NCBI GenBank assembly: GCA_965208105.1
Contig: OZ242318.1
Span: 3,424,001 to 3,488,000, forward strand
From: Candidatus Latescibacterota bacterium
Lineage (GTDB): Bacteria; Latescibacterota; UBA2968; UBA8231
Reading direction: 5' to 3'
Length of the DNA: 64,000 nt
Made by a program: the position numbers and the translations under genes. A model generated the notes under the pieces. It ran no database searches and was not told the origin of the DNA. It saw only the letters and a list, made by a program, of their open reading frames with translations. The stretch's first letter is position 1, and every line of letters starts with the position of its first letter. This document shows positions 1-10,155 of the stretch, piece after piece.

Positions 1-1
1 C

Positions 2-991
2 CGGATCAACCGGCAGGTCCCGCGGCTGGTGGACGTCCTGCCCAATGGGCCCCTGTTTCACCCGACTGTCCGGGTCTTTCTTGCCGGCGGGGTCCCCGAG
101 GTCATGCTCCACCTGCGGCGCATGGGTCTTCTGCAAGAGGACGTGCTTACGGCGAGCGGCCGGACTCTGGGCGCGAACCTCGATTGGTGGGAGCAGTCCG
201 AGCGGCGGCGGAAGTTCCAGCAAAGGTTGGAGGAACTGGACGGGGTGCCCTGCGAAGAGGTGATCATGGGGCTGGAGCGGGCCCGGCGCAGGGGATTGAC
301 CAGCACCGTCTGCTTCCCCAGGGGCAACTTGGCTCCCGAGGGTTCGGTAATCAAGAGTACGGCCATCGATCCGACCGTGGTGGATGAGGACGGGATCTAT
401 CGGCACAGGGGCCCGGCCAGGGTCTTCGCCACCGAACGGGAAGCCATGGCGGCGCTCAAGTCCCGCCAGATCAAAGCCGGAGACGTGATGGTGCTGCTCA
501 GTTGCGGTCCCCTCGGCACTGGAATGGAGGAAATCGCACAGATCACCATTGCGCTCAAGTACGTGGACTATGGCAAACACGTTGCGGTGCTCACCGACGC
601 GCGGTTCTCAGGGATTTCCACCGGCGCCTGCATCGGCCACATTGGACCTGAAGCACTGGCCGGAGGTCCCATAGGCAAGGTCGTCGACGGAGACCTCATC
701 GAGATCGAAATCGACCGCGGCCGCTTGCGGGGCCGCATTGACCTTGTCGGGCATGGGGACGAAGTCTTCGGCCCGGCCAAAGGGGAACGCCTGCTCGCCC
801 GGCGTCACCCGCGTTCCGACCTGGCGCCCGAAGAGCTGCTTCCGGACGACACCCGGCTCTGGGCGGCCCTGCAGAATGTCGGCGGCGGAACCTGGGGCGG
901 GTGCGTTTATGATGTGGATGCGATCATCGAAACCCTGGAGGCCGGGCGCAAAGCCCTCGCCCCGCCGCAGGTCGACGGAGAGGCTTCATGA
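2..991 (+). CDS. YjhG/YagF-family D-xylonate dehydratase (IlvD/Edd family), 5'-truncated by window edge
   Basis: Frame is open from base 2 ([17 protein letters not shown]). IlvD/Edd motifs [34 protein letters not shown]; YjhG-type tail [20 protein letters not shown]. Confidence 0.85.
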   Translation, partial: RINRQVPRLVDVLPNGPLFHPTVRVFLAGGVPEVMLHLRRMGLLQEDVLTASGRTLGANLDWWEQSERRRKFQQRLEELDGVPCEEVIMGLERARRRGLTSTVCFPRGNLAPEGSVIKSTAIDPTVVDEDGIYRHRGPARVFATEREAMAALKSRQIKAGDVMVLLSCGPLGTGMEEIAQITIALKYVDYGKHVAVLTDARFSGISTGACIGHIGPEALAGGPIGKVVDGDLIEIEIDRGRLRGRIDLVGHGDEVFGPAKGERLLARRHPRSDLAPEELLPDDTRLWAALQNVGGGTWGGCVYDVDAIIETLEAGRKALAPPQVDGEAS

Positions 992-1602
992 GTGGCAGAC
1001 AGGTAATCGTCGGCGTGACCGGGGCGAGCGGCGCGCTCTACGCCGGCCGCCTTTTGCGAGCCCTTCTGGTTCTGGGACACACCGTCCACCTGGTGCTTTC
1101 CAGGTACGGGCGGTTTCTGCTGCACGAGGAACTGGAGTTCCGCCCCGACCAGGAGTCGGTACTGCAGTTTCTGGTGCGCCTCTACGGCCGGGAAGTTCAG
1201 CAGGGGGAGTTGCGGGAGTACGGCTTCAACGATCTCGCCTGTACTCTTGCCAGCGGCTCCGTTCCCGTCGACGGCATGGCGGTTGTCCCCTGTTCGGCCA
1301 AGACCCTGTCGGGAATTGCCCGCGGCGCCGCAGGCAACCTGATCGAGCGGGCAGCGGACGTCACCCTGAAGGAGCGCCGTCCCCTCGTTCTCGTTCCCCG
1401 AGAGACACCGCTCAACCTGATCCAGCTGCGCAATCTCGCAACGGTGGCAGAGGCCGGTGGAATCATTGTGCCCGCCATGCCGGCATTCTATCAGAAGCCT
1501 CGAACCTTCGATGATTTGGGAGATTTCATCGCCGGCCGCGTGTGCAACCTTCTAGGGATCGAGCATGACCTCTTCCCGAGTTGGCCAGGATCGAAGGGGT
1601 AG
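988..1602 (+). CDS. ubiX: UbiX flavin prenyltransferase
   Basis: [44 protein letters not shown] motifs; ATGA overlap with the upstream gene. Confidence 0.93.
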   Translation: MSGRQVIVGVTGASGALYAGRLLRALLVLGHTVHLVLSRYGRFLLHEELEFRPDQESVLQFLVRLYGREVQQGELREYGFNDLACTLASGSVPVDGMAVVPCSAKTLSGIARGAAGNLIERAADVTLKERRPLVLVPRETPLNLIQLRNLATVAEAGGIIVPAMPAFYQKPRTFDDLGDFIAGRVCNLLGIEHDLFPSWPGSKG

Positions 1603-1719
1603 GCGGGAGGGTTTTCGGATTCCGATGGTCCGGGCGGACTCTTCCGAAACGCGCTTTCAGGGTGCCGTCGATTTTTGCTTTCGGTAGATGCCGGGAACGG
1701 GCGGGCAGCCCAGGTATGG

Positions 1720-1800
1720 AAGGGGGATCCGGGGGCTCCATCTGCGTGAGGAGTGGCAGACGGTTAAGGAGGGAGACCTTGCCCCCGGATCCCTTGCTCC
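1720..1800 (-). ncRNA. Putative sigma54-dependent small RNA (three-way junction, two CU-rich loops); 3' end uncertain
   Basis: 13-bp closing stem (1724-1736 with 1781-1793) encloses two hairpins with loops UCUCCCU and CACUCCUCAC. It starts about 7 nt after the predicted sigma54 +1 (about 1800). Confidence 0.55.
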
Positions 1801-1810
1801 CCGTTCCGGA

Positions 1811-1826
1811 TGCAAAGAGGGTGCCA
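1811..1826 (-). promoter_or_regulatory. sigma54 -24/-12 promoter
   Basis: Minus strand reads TGGCAC-CCTCT-TTGCA, matching TGGCAC-N5-TTGCW exactly. Confidence 0.7.
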
Positions 1827-1854
1827 GAGTTGATCCCCGTTTCTGTCAAATTCC

Positions 1855-1883
1855 TTTAACTTCTTGTTTTTCAATCACCTAAA
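1855..1883. promoter_or_regulatory. AT-rich IHF-like binding site
   Basis: TAACTTCTTGTTTTTCAATCACCTA has WATCAA-N4-TTR-like matches on both strands, at about -55 to -83 from the sigma54 start. Confidence 0.4.
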
Positions 1884-1902
1884 AAAATGAAACTCTTTGC
1901 AG

Positions 1903-1924
1903 AACCATGTGATACTACATGGTT
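1903..1924. promoter_or_regulatory. Palindromic upstream activator site (candidate enhancer-binding-protein site)
   Basis: Perfect inverted repeat AACCATGT-N6-ACATGGTT at about -103 to -124. Confidence 0.45.
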
Positions 1925-2193
1925 TTTCGTGATAATGAAGGCATTATGTTGTGCAGGCGATGATCGGTCGCACAAAATGTGGACGTGGAGGCGAGGACCG
2001 GGAGGGAGAGCGCGGGGAAAGAGGAAAATCTGCACTTCAGAGCTGAAAATATTTCCCACCCCGGTTGGATTCAGGGCGAGTAAGGTGCCTGGGATCGAGG
2101 GCAGGGACAGGGGTGCCGGGGAATGGAATCCGATCTCACCTGCGTGCAGGGAAAAAATTTCTCATGCCAGGATGAGGACAGGTTTGCAGGGGT

Positions 2194-3654
2194 TCACATT
2201 TGCAGTTTGGCCAGCTGCGGGCGGAGTAGTTGGCGCGGCAGCATGGCCTTGAGGAGGGTAGGCCCTCCCAATTGCACCAGGCCGCGGCACAGGGTCCAGC
2301 AGCCGTGGCGGCAGAGGACCTCCCCTTTGAAAGGTGATCCCTGTTTCAGTTCCAGCGATTCACCCCGGAAGAGAGTTTGCACCTGCGGCCAGGTCAACTC
2401 CAAAGACGGCCCCTGCATTTCTCCTCCCCACATGGTGACGGCTTGTTGGCTCAGGTAGTAGTGGTCCTTGTGGCTGCGGGCGATCCGCATTCCGCCCCTG
2501 ACGTAGAATGGAAATTGGCGCTTGAAGGCAGCTGTTTCGCGGGGCTGAAGGCAAAGGTGGCGGCCGTCCATCGCGAGGAGTTGACCCGGCGGGCAGGGCG
2601 GCTCGAAATTCCAGTGAGCTCGCAAATGACGCCTGGCCCGATCCGCTTCGGGGTCGGACTCCGCGGCGGGAATCCACGAACCGTTGTCGGCGTCGCACCT
2701 GGTCCAGGCGGTCTCTCCCAGTTTTCGGATGCGGGCGACGAAGGCCCCCTCGGTGTCGTGCAGGTGAGGCCAGACCCGGGCGCAGCCGGCCAGGGTTGTC
2801 GGGTAGCGCATTGCAAATTCGGAGGGCAGCGGAACCAGGTCGATGCCCTCGACCTTCAGGACTTCGGTTATGTCCGGATTTTTTTTAATCAGCCCCAGAA
2901 GCACGTCCTCGTTTTCCTCCAGGGAAAGGGAGCAGGTTGAGTAAACCATCGTACCGCCTGGGCGCAGCATGTGGAAGGCCGCCCTCAGCAGCCCGGTTTG
3001 CTGCTGGGCCTGGCGCCGGGAGTCCGCAACCGACCAGTAGCGCAACATGCCGAGGTCCTTGCGCACGATGCCGTCGCCGCTGCAGGGAGCGTCGAGGAGG
3101 ATGCGATCGAAGAAATTGTGGAAATAGCGTGCCAACAGGGTGCCCGGGGCCTTGGTCACGATGGCGTTGGCCACCCCGCATCGCTCGAGATTTCCCACCA
3201 GCCCCGGGATGCGTTTGCCCTGGGGTTCGTTGGCAACCAGCAGTCCGCTGTTTTCCATGCCGGCGGCGATCTGGGTGGCCTTGCCTCCGGGTGAAGCGGC
3301 GAGGTCGAGAATGCGTTCGCCCGGACGGGGATCCAGGGCCGTTACCGCCAGGGTAGCGGCCTTGGCCTGGATGTAGAATCCCCCCAGGGCGTACTCGAGT
3401 GTGTGCCCGGGGGAGACGAGGGAGCCGGGCAGATCAAAGGCGTGCTCGCACCAGGGCGCCTGCCCGCCGTCCTCCAACAACCCAGGCAGCAGATTCGCGG
3501 CCGGGGGCATCAGTGGGTTGAGACGCAGGCTGGAAGGAGGTGGGGTCAGCGAGCAGCGGCGGAAGGCCTGGCGCTGAGCGCTGTCCGGAAGCAGTTGCTC
3601 GAGGTGGTGAAGGAGGTCCTGCAGCCGGGTCTGCTCCCCGTCCTCTTTGCGCAT
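2194..3654 (-). CDS. RsmB/NOP2 family RNA m5C methyltransferase (RsmF-like)
   Basis: DLAASPGGK, ILLDAPCSGDG, VYSTCS, EENE motifs. Start placed at ATG 3654. Confidence 0.88.
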   Translation of the reverse strand: MRKEDGEQTRLQDLLHHLEQLLPDSAQRQAFRRCSLTPPPSSLRLNPLMPPAANLLPGLLEDGGQAPWCEHAFDLPGSLVSPGHTLEYALGGFYIQAKAATLAVTALDPRPGERILDLAASPGGKATQIAAGMENSGLLVANEPQGKRIPGLVGNLERCGVANAIVTKAPGTLLARYFHNFFDRILLDAPCSGDGIVRKDLGMLRYWSVADSRRQAQQQTGLLRAAFHMLRPGGTMVYSTCSLSLEENEDVLLGLIKKNPDITEVLKVEGIDLVPLPSEFAMRYPTTLAGCARVWPHLHDTEGAFVARIRKLGETAWTRCDADNGSWIPAAESDPEADRARRHLRAHWNFEPPCPPGQLLAMDGRHLCLQPRETAAFKRQFPFYVRGGMRIARSHKDHYYLSQQAVTMWGGEMQGPSLELTWPQVQTLFRGESLELKQGSPFKGEVLCRHGCWTLCRGLVQLGGPTLLKAMLPRQLLRPQLAKLQM

Positions 3655-3725
3655 CTCTCGGCGCGGTTCTTTATTCTCCACAATGATTTTTATCTTAGGC
3701 ACGCCCCTCGAGCAGGGCAAGAAGA

Positions 3726-4400
3726 ATGGGTTCCCAACATTCATTCATAATCAGTGATCTGCACCTCGGCTCGGAATTTTTCTGCAGGGAGAAGTTCCTG
3801 TCCTGGCTCGACGGTTTGGAGCCCGAGGCTCAGTTGATCCTCAACGGCGACATCATCGAGGATTCCGCCGCGGCTCTCTGTGCCGGGCATCGGGCCGTTC
3901 TCGAACGCCTGGTCCAGGAGTCACACCGCCGGCCTCTCGTGTGGATCTACGGCAACCACGACGCCGACGTGGTCCTGGAGGACTCAGGCCGGATCAAGTT
4001 CGCCCACCAGTGGGCGATCGGGCAACGGTTGCTGGTCATGCACGGAAATTCTCTGGACAAGATCATGCCCAGGCACAGGGTCTTTAAGAAGCTCTTCAGT
4101 TTCTTTCACCACGTGCTCATGTCCCTGGGATTTCAGAGAATGCACGTTGCCCAGTACGCCAAGAAGTGGGCTTTCCTCTACCAGTTTCTGAACAGGCACG
4201 TGGCGGAGGAGGCCCTCCGCGTAGCGCGGGAGAAGGGATTCGAGGCCGTGACCTGCGGGCACACCCATGCGGCCATGGAAATCAGGCAGGATGGACGCCG
4301 CTACCTCAACACGGGTGCCTGGACCGAGGAGCCTCTGCATTACGTCGCGGTCAATGCGCGGGAGATCGGATTGCACATCTATGACGGCAGGCTGGCGTGA
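3726..4400 (+). CDS. Calcineurin-like metallophosphoesterase (LpxH-like)
   Basis: SDLHLG, NGDI, GNHD, HG and CGHTH motifs. Confidence 0.85.
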   Translation: MGSQHSFIISDLHLGSEFFCREKFLSWLDGLEPEAQLILNGDIIEDSAAALCAGHRAVLERLVQESHRRPLVWIYGNHDADVVLEDSGRIKFAHQWAIGQRLLVMHGNSLDKIMPRHRVFKKLFSFFHHVLMSLGFQRMHVAQYAKKWAFLYQFLNRHVAEEALRVAREKGFEAVTCGHTHAAMEIRQDGRRYLNTGAWTEEPLHYVAVNAREIGLHIYDGRLA

Positions 4401-6748
4401 ATTCGGTTGAAAGGCAGGACAGGCAGAGTTCACCCCTCCTTCCTCTTCGGTTCATTGAGCCCATTTTGAGCGCGGTCAAATTGATTCAGTCCGGTCCGCG
4501 GACGTGGATGCTCCTGGCCTGCCTGGCGCCGCCGGCGGAGGCGGTGGGCGAGAAATTGAGTTGGCCTCTTGGCATGGGAAGGGCACTGTCCTCTACCTTC
4601 GGCGAGTCGCGCTCCACCGCTTTTCATGCCGGCATCGACCTCAAAACCTGGGGCAAGACCGGGTACGAGGTGCGGGCCGTGGGCAGCGGCTACGTCTGGA
4701 GGCTGCGCACCTCGCCCTGGGGATACGGCCGGGCAGTGTATCAAAAATTGGGAGACGGCCGCATAGTGGTTTACGCCCACCTGGATGGTTTCGCACCCAG
4801 GCTCGACGGGCGCGTAAAGCGGGCACAGCGGGCCAGCGGGCGCTACAGCGTGGACCTCCGGCTCGGGGAAGGAGAAATCCCCATCCGCCGGGGCGAACTC
4901 ATCGCCTGGAGCGGAGCGAGCGGCGCCGGCCCACCGCATCTGCACCTGGAACTCCGCGATCCGAACAATGTCCCCTTCAATCCGCTTTTAGACGAATTCG
5001 AGGTGAAGGACACCATCGCGCCGACCATTCAGCGCCTCGGCCTGGTGCCGGTTGGAATGGAAAGCAAGGTGAACGGCGGCCATGAGCCCGTTTCCACCGC
5101 TGTGCGCTGGAACCCTTCCAGGGGGGACTATGAAGGCGCTGAAATCCTTGCGGCCAATGGACGGATTGGGGTGAACGTGCTGGTTTACGACCGCGCCGAT
5201 GCCGCTCCCAACAAGCTGGCCCCCTACCGTCAATCATTGAAGGTGGACGGCCGCCCCGTATTCACCGCGGCCTATGATCGGGTATCCTACAGTGAAACCC
5301 ACCAGATTTTTCTCGATCGCCTGCTCCTGGAGCTGCCGGGGGGGGAAGGACGATTTTTCAATCTGTTCCGGTTTCCCGGCAACCGCCTGAACTTCTACAG
5401 CCATGCTCCCGGAGAGGATGGGCTGCTGGGTTGTGGCATGGGCTCGGGAAGCGGATTTCTGCCAAAGGGGACTCACGAGCTGGTGATTGAATCGGAAGAT
5501 GCAGCAGGGAACAGGAGCCGGGCACGATTGAAGCTGCGGGTGAATGCGCCTCCCGCGGTTGTCAGCGCTCGATTGTTTGAATCTGCCGCGGGTCAATCCT
5601 TGCAGGCGGTGGTGGACGACGCGGACGACCTTCGACTTGAAGCGGATCTGTCCTGCTCCGAAGACGGCGAACGGTGGTCTGCAGTGGAGCGCCGGCGGCT
5701 GGCCCTCGGCAAAAGCGAATGGCTGCTGCCGTGCCAGGCGGGACTCTGGCGCCTGAGGGTGCGGGACGGTTCAGGTGCGGAGAGCATTGGAATCGGGGCT
5801 CTGCCACAAGCCGATGCCGGACCCCCACCCGCGATCGACCATTCCAGCCGGGCCTATCCGGATTTCGTCGAATTGAACATCGGCACTGACCAGGTCCTGG
5901 CCCGGGCTCCCCTCATAGAGGTGCGAGATGGCGGCCGGTCCTACCAATTGGTCCCGCGCCAGGTGGCCCCTCGCCGGTTCAGCGCCGAGGTGCCCCTGCA
6001 GCTTGGAGGTGCAGAGCTGATCACCCTCGCAGTGGCCGCCCGCGGCCGCAATGGCGACCTGGTCGGGGAAGAGCTGGTGCTGAATCAGCGCTACGTCCTG
6101 CCCGAAGGCAGGGGGAGGCTGGATTTCGACGGCGGCCGGGCAGTCCTCGTCTTTCCGGAGAACAGTGTCTACGAGCCGCTCTGCCCCCAGGCTTCCTACT
6201 TCCAGCCGCTGGACACGGGTCACCTGAAGAGCGCGGGAGTCGGCTACGAATTCGGGCCCCGCAGGACGGCTTTCAATCGCAGGATACTGGTCCAACTGCG
6301 CATCCCCGAGGGGATGCGGAATCCCCGGAAGCTGGGTATCTACCGCGACGGAGGCGGCGGGAGGTGGAGCTTCGTGGGCAACGAGATAGACCTGCAAAAG
6401 GGGGTAGTAGGGGCTTGGACCCGGAACCTGTCGCGCTACGCTCTGCTGGCGGATGAGGAACCGCCGGTGATAAAGCGCCTGGAACCGGCTTCGGGCTCGA
6501 CCATCGAGGCAGGAAAGCCCTTGTTGCGCGCCTGGATCGAGGACCGGGGCTCGGGAATCCGGCGAGAGGAGGACATCTCCATGGAGCTGGATGGCCGCCG
6601 GCTGATCAGCGAATACGATCCGGACGCTCGAACCGTGAAATACCAGGTCGAAGAGATCCTGGGGCCGGGGCCGCGCCGGCTGGTGGTGAAGGTGCGGGAC
6701 GCGAGCGGCAACCAGGCCTCGGCCCACGCGGAGTTTACGGTGAAATAG
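4397..6748 (+). CDS. M23 family metallopeptidase with long C-terminal beta-rich domains
   Basis: FGESR..FHAGID (HxxxD), GYG, YAHL, GPPHLHLE. True start may lie further downstream. Confidence 0.85.
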   Translation: MNSVERQDRQSSPLLPLRFIEPILSAVKLIQSGPRTWMLLACLAPPAEAVGEKLSWPLGMGRALSSTFGESRSTAFHAGIDLKTWGKTGYEVRAVGSGYVWRLRTSPWGYGRAVYQKLGDGRIVVYAHLDGFAPRLDGRVKRAQRASGRYSVDLRLGEGEIPIRRGELIAWSGASGAGPPHLHLELRDPNNVPFNPLLDEFEVKDTIAPTIQRLGLVPVGMESKVNGGHEPVSTAVRWNPSRGDYEGAEILAANGRIGVNVLVYDRADAAPNKLAPYRQSLKVDGRPVFTAAYDRVSYSETHQIFLDRLLLELPGGEGRFFNLFRFPGNRLNFYSHAPGEDGLLGCGMGSGSGFLPKGTHELVIESEDAAGNRSRARLKLRVNAPPAVVSARLFESAAGQSLQAVVDDADDLRLEADLSCSEDGERWSAVERRRLALGKSEWLLPCQAGLWRLRVRDGSGAESIGIGALPQADAGPPPAIDHSSRAYPDFVELNIGTDQVLARAPLIEVRDGGRSYQLVPRQVAPRRFSAEVPLQLGGAELITLAVAARGRNGDLVGEELVLNQRYVLPEGRGRLDFDGGRAVLVFPENSVYEPLCPQASYFQPLDTGHLKSAGVGYEFGPRRTAFNRRILVQLRIPEGMRNPRKLGIYRDGGGGRWSFVGNEIDLQKGVVGAWTRNLSRYALLADEEPPVIKRLEPASGSTIEAGKPLLRAWIEDRGSGIRREEDISMELDGRRLISEYDPDARTVKYQVEEILGPGPRRLVVKVRDASGNQASAHAEFTVK

Positions 6749-6839
6749 GGCCAGGCAGGGCAGCCGGCGTTCCGGCGCCCGCCCTGGGACGGCGAAGCTC
6801 CCGGTTGCCGGCCTTCGGCCCCGGCGCTGCGCGCCGATC

Positions 6840-7637
6840 TCATTTCTGCGCCAGAGAGTGCGCCAACTCCGAGGCAATGCGGAACAGAGTCTTGCTGGTG
6901 GGACAATCCGGGGAGAGATCGACGAGTGGGGTTCCGGCATCGGCACAGCTGCGCATTTGATTGTCCAGCGGCACCTTGCCGAGGAATGGCAGGTCGAATT
7001 GCCGCGCTACCTGCTCGCCGCCTCCGGAACCGAAGATGGGGGTGGGATGATCGCAGGAGGTGCACCTGAAATAGCTCATGTTCTCGATGAGGCCGAGTAC
7101 GGAGATCTCGCTTTGCCGGAACATCTCGACACCCCGCCGAACGTCCGCAAGGGCGATTTTCGAAGGGGTGGTGACGATGACGGCGCCATCGAGCGGAGCT
7201 GACTGGGTCAGGGTGATCTGCACGTCGCCCGTGCCGGGAGGCAGGTCGAGCACCAGCAGATCGATGTTGCCCCACTCCACGTTGAAAAGGAATTGATTCA
7301 TCATCTTGGTCAGCATGGGACCGCGCCAGATCACCGGCATGCCCGGGTCGATGAGCAGGCCCATGGAGATAACCTTCAGGCCATAAGCGGCCACCGGCAG
7401 GATGCGCCCTGATTCTCGATCGGCCGCGGGCTTGTCCGTCACTCCCAGCATTCCCGGAATATTCGGGCCGTATACGTCGGCGTCCACCAGTCCGATTCGG
7501 AGGCCCCTGCGGGCAAGGGCAACGGCCAGATTTGCACTTATGGTGGACTTGCCGACGCCGCCCTTGCCGCTGGAGATGGCCAGCATGCGCTCTACGCCCG
7601 GAAGGGACTGCCGATCGTGGGTCGGGGGGCTGCTCAC
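6840..7637 (-). CDS. mrp: Mrp/NBP35 (ApbC) Fe-S carrier ATPase
   Basis: SGKGGVGKST, DADVYGP, WRGPM, DLPPGTGD, ENMSYF.CxxC motifs. Confidence 0.92.
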   Translation of the reverse strand: MSSPPTHDRQSLPGVERMLAISSGKGGVGKSTISANLAVALARRGLRIGLVDADVYGPNIPGMLGVTDKPAADRESGRILPVAAYGLKVISMGLLIDPGMPVIWRGPMLTKMMNQFLFNVEWGNIDLLVLDLPPGTGDVQITLTQSAPLDGAVIVTTPSKIALADVRRGVEMFRQSEISVLGLIENMSYFRCTSCDHPTPIFGSGGGEQVARQFDLPFLGKVPLDNQMRSCADAGTPLVDLSPDCPTSKTLFRIASELAHSLAQK

Positions 7638-7719
7638 GATTTACTTTCGGAAGGAGGAGATGTGAAAAGAAAGCAAGAATATCCGCGTTCCGGGCAACTC
7701 CGGCAAGGTCGATGAGCGG

Positions 7720-7748
7720 TTGACAAATTTTCGGGGAACTTCTATACT
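7720..7748 (+). promoter_or_regulatory. sigma70-type promoter
   Basis: TTGACA-17 nt-TATACT. Confidence 0.7.
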
Positions 7749-8192
7749 AAGGCGATCCGCCGCTAGTCAATCAGCTCTAAGCATCGACATTTTCAAGATG
7801 TTAAGCAATATGCGGACCGGGATTTCGAGGGGGAATTTCCTCCCGGGGACCAGTTCGCGCCAGGGATTGTGGGGATTGACCAGGGATCTGTGATTCAAAC
7901 TCACTGCGGGCTCCACCGCCATTTCTCGAGACATGCCCGCCTCTGATGTCCAGCTACGTTTGAGAAGTCTTCTTCCCAAGGCTTTCGCTGCACAATGCCC
8001 GGATGCCGTCGAGACGCACCGTCGTTGCCGTCGGTTGCGGGAATCCGGCGGTTGCACCGGCATTGGAACCCCTGCCCATGTCGATTATCATCGCGCCCCG
8101 TGCATCCCCGGTGTCCTCGACAGGCTTCACGGACCTCGGTCAGCGGCAGCGCCAGGAGAGGTCTTGCAAGCTAGAATAGGCGGCCGAGCAGG

Positions 8193-9941
8193 ATGAAGAA
8201 TCCTTCCCGGGTCCTATGGCCGACTGCGTCATGGGCTCTGGTAGCAGCGGCGATGGGTTGCGGACCGGCGCAACTGCCGCAGCAGGTGGAATTCGGCGTG
8301 GAAGTGGTCCACAAGAAGGCGCCGGTAGTGGGCCAGAATCAGTTGTCTTTGCGCCTGTCCATCCCGGCCGGTCGTCCCCAGTCCCTGGTCGCCTCTCTGG
8401 AATTGGTCTCTCCCGAAGGAGAGCGCCTGGATTTCGAACGTGCAATCCATGCGAGGTCCAAAGATGAGGATCTGTTCGACCTTCCCTATGTAGTGCACAA
8501 GGAGGGGCTGTATCACGCTGTCCTCGAGATCCATGAACAGCAGGGCGGGGAGCTGGTCCACGCCAGGGAGGACCTGCACCTGAACGTGCGGCCCCGCTGG
8601 GAGTTCAGCAACGACCGGTCCTACTATACCAGCGAGGAGGTCATTCGCTTCAAGGCTAGGCTGAACCGGTCCGAAGAAACCCGCCTGGTCGTGGCGGTAG
8701 AGCTGCGGCAGGGAACAATTACCTGGGACAGAAGGGAACTGATTTTCCGCGGCCGCGAGGTCGAAGGTGAGATGGCCGCGACTTCGCTGGCACCGGGGGC
8801 CTACACCCTGTCGGCCCAACTCCAGGGCGAGAAGGGACTCGAAGATTCGATTCAGTGCGAATTCCACAAGCACCCCCCGGGCGAGCGCGAGGTAAAGATC
8901 GACCTGTTCAGTCAGATGCTTCTGGTCGACGGCAAGCCCTTCTTTCCCATCGGGCTTTACTGGCTGCGCACAGAAGTCTTGAACGAGGTGAGGCGCCTGA
9001 ACTTCAATTCCGGAGATTATTTCTACATGCTCGATGCCGGGGAAATCGCCGAGTTGATGGATGCAGCGGCCGCGGAGGATATGGGGATCCTGCTGGAGTT
9101 GACCAACTTCGTCGGACGGAAGCCTGAGCCCGACTACGGTGGTATCGAAGCGACGATCAAGCGGTATCGCCGGCATCCGGCCCTGCTGGCCTGGTATATC
9201 GTCGACGAGCCGCTGGAGAAGCGAGTCAAGCCGGGACCAGCCAATGTGGTTTACGAGCGAATCCGGGAACTGGATCCCTATCACCCGGTCTATCTGGTCA
9301 ACAACCGTCCCCATGCTTACGAGGACTTCATTGGTGCCAGCGACATTCTGGGGATTGACGTCTATCCCATCCCGAAATATCCGATCGCACGCGTGCGAAA
9401 CTTTATGGATAAGGCGCGTTGGGCATCGCGGGGAAGCAAGCCGGTGTGGCTGGTTGCCCAGGCATTCGGCGGAGTCGAGCACTGGCCGCGCGCTCCCTCG
9501 GCGGTCGAGTTGCGCAACATGGTCTACCAGGGTCTGGTGCAGGGAGCGCGCGGGCTGCTGTTTTACCGCTACTGCAGAGAGAATGAACGCCACATTCAGC
9601 CCCTGTCCCTGTGGGCCGAGGTGCGCACCCTGGCAACGGAGTTATCCGAGTTGTCACCCGTGCTGGTCGAACCCGACTGCAACGATTGTGTGCGCAGCCT
9701 CGAAAGGGACGAGGGTGTGGACATTATGCTGAAGAATCACCGGGGCGAATACTACTTGTTTGCGGTGAACTCCTCCCAGGCGTGGAAGCAGGTGCGCTGC
9801 CGTTTCTCCGGTCTGCGCTCCTTCAGCCAGGTGGAGGCGATGCATCACAGCCCTTCCAGCCGATGGCGGGGTGATGTCCTCGAGATTCAGCTGGCCCCTC
9901 TTGGCGTGGGCGTTTACAGGCTGGCGCCGGTCGGAGTCTAG
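8193..9941 (+). CDS. Putative lipoprotein with glycoside-hydrolase-like TIM barrel
   Basis: Lipobox-like AMGC. LVDGKPFFPIGLY, HPALLAWYIVDEP, GIDVYP and GARGLLFY resemble clan GH-A hypothetical proteins. Confidence 0.65.
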   Translation: MKNPSRVLWPTASWALVAAAMGCGPAQLPQQVEFGVEVVHKKAPVVGQNQLSLRLSIPAGRPQSLVASLELVSPEGERLDFERAIHARSKDEDLFDLPYVVHKEGLYHAVLEIHEQQGGELVHAREDLHLNVRPRWEFSNDRSYYTSEEVIRFKARLNRSEETRLVVAVELRQGTITWDRRELIFRGREVEGEMAATSLAPGAYTLSAQLQGEKGLEDSIQCEFHKHPPGEREVKIDLFSQMLLVDGKPFFPIGLYWLRTEVLNEVRRLNFNSGDYFYMLDAGEIAELMDAAAAEDMGILLELTNFVGRKPEPDYGGIEATIKRYRRHPALLAWYIVDEPLEKRVKPGPANVVYERIRELDPYHPVYLVNNRPHAYEDFIGASDILGIDVYPIPKYPIARVRNFMDKARWASRGSKPVWLVAQAFGGVEHWPRAPSAVELRNMVYQGLVQGARGLLFYRYCRENERHIQPLSLWAEVRTLATELSELSPVLVEPDCNDCVRSLERDEGVDIMLKNHRGEYYLFAVNSSQAWKQVRCRFSGLRSFSQVEAMHHSPSSRWRGDVLEIQLAPLGVGVYRLAPVGV

Positions 9942-10058
9942 TGGTCCGCCGCAGAAATATGTCGCCATTTTCCGCCGATCCATCCCGGCTCACGGCGTTG
10001 CCTTCACTCGCCGTACACCACTGCTACGACTCGCCCGGGCGCCTTGTGAGCCGGGCGC
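9938..10058 (+). mobile_element. MITE copy A (right end missing)
   Basis: Near-identical to the first ~120 bp of copy B. Begins with CTAG, whose TAG is the stop of 8193..9941. Confidence 0.75.
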
Positions 10059-10155
10059 AGCCTCCGGGCTCCGGACGGGCATTCGGCAAGGTCATCCATT
10101 TTGCTCCGCAATTGACACAGCCTGGGAAGAACCGTTGAAAAGAAGGGGGTAATCC

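Noticed and set aside
1724-1793. Plus-strand CsrA-titrating RNA with GGA loops
   Set aside because: The plus-strand fold has an A-C mismatch where the minus strand has G-U, and the only clear promoter points the other way. Not fully excluded.
1845-1990. AT-rich island as a replication origin or NrdR-box region
   Set aside because: No TTATCCACA DnaA-box cluster and no nrd gene nearby; the sigma54 layout explains it better.
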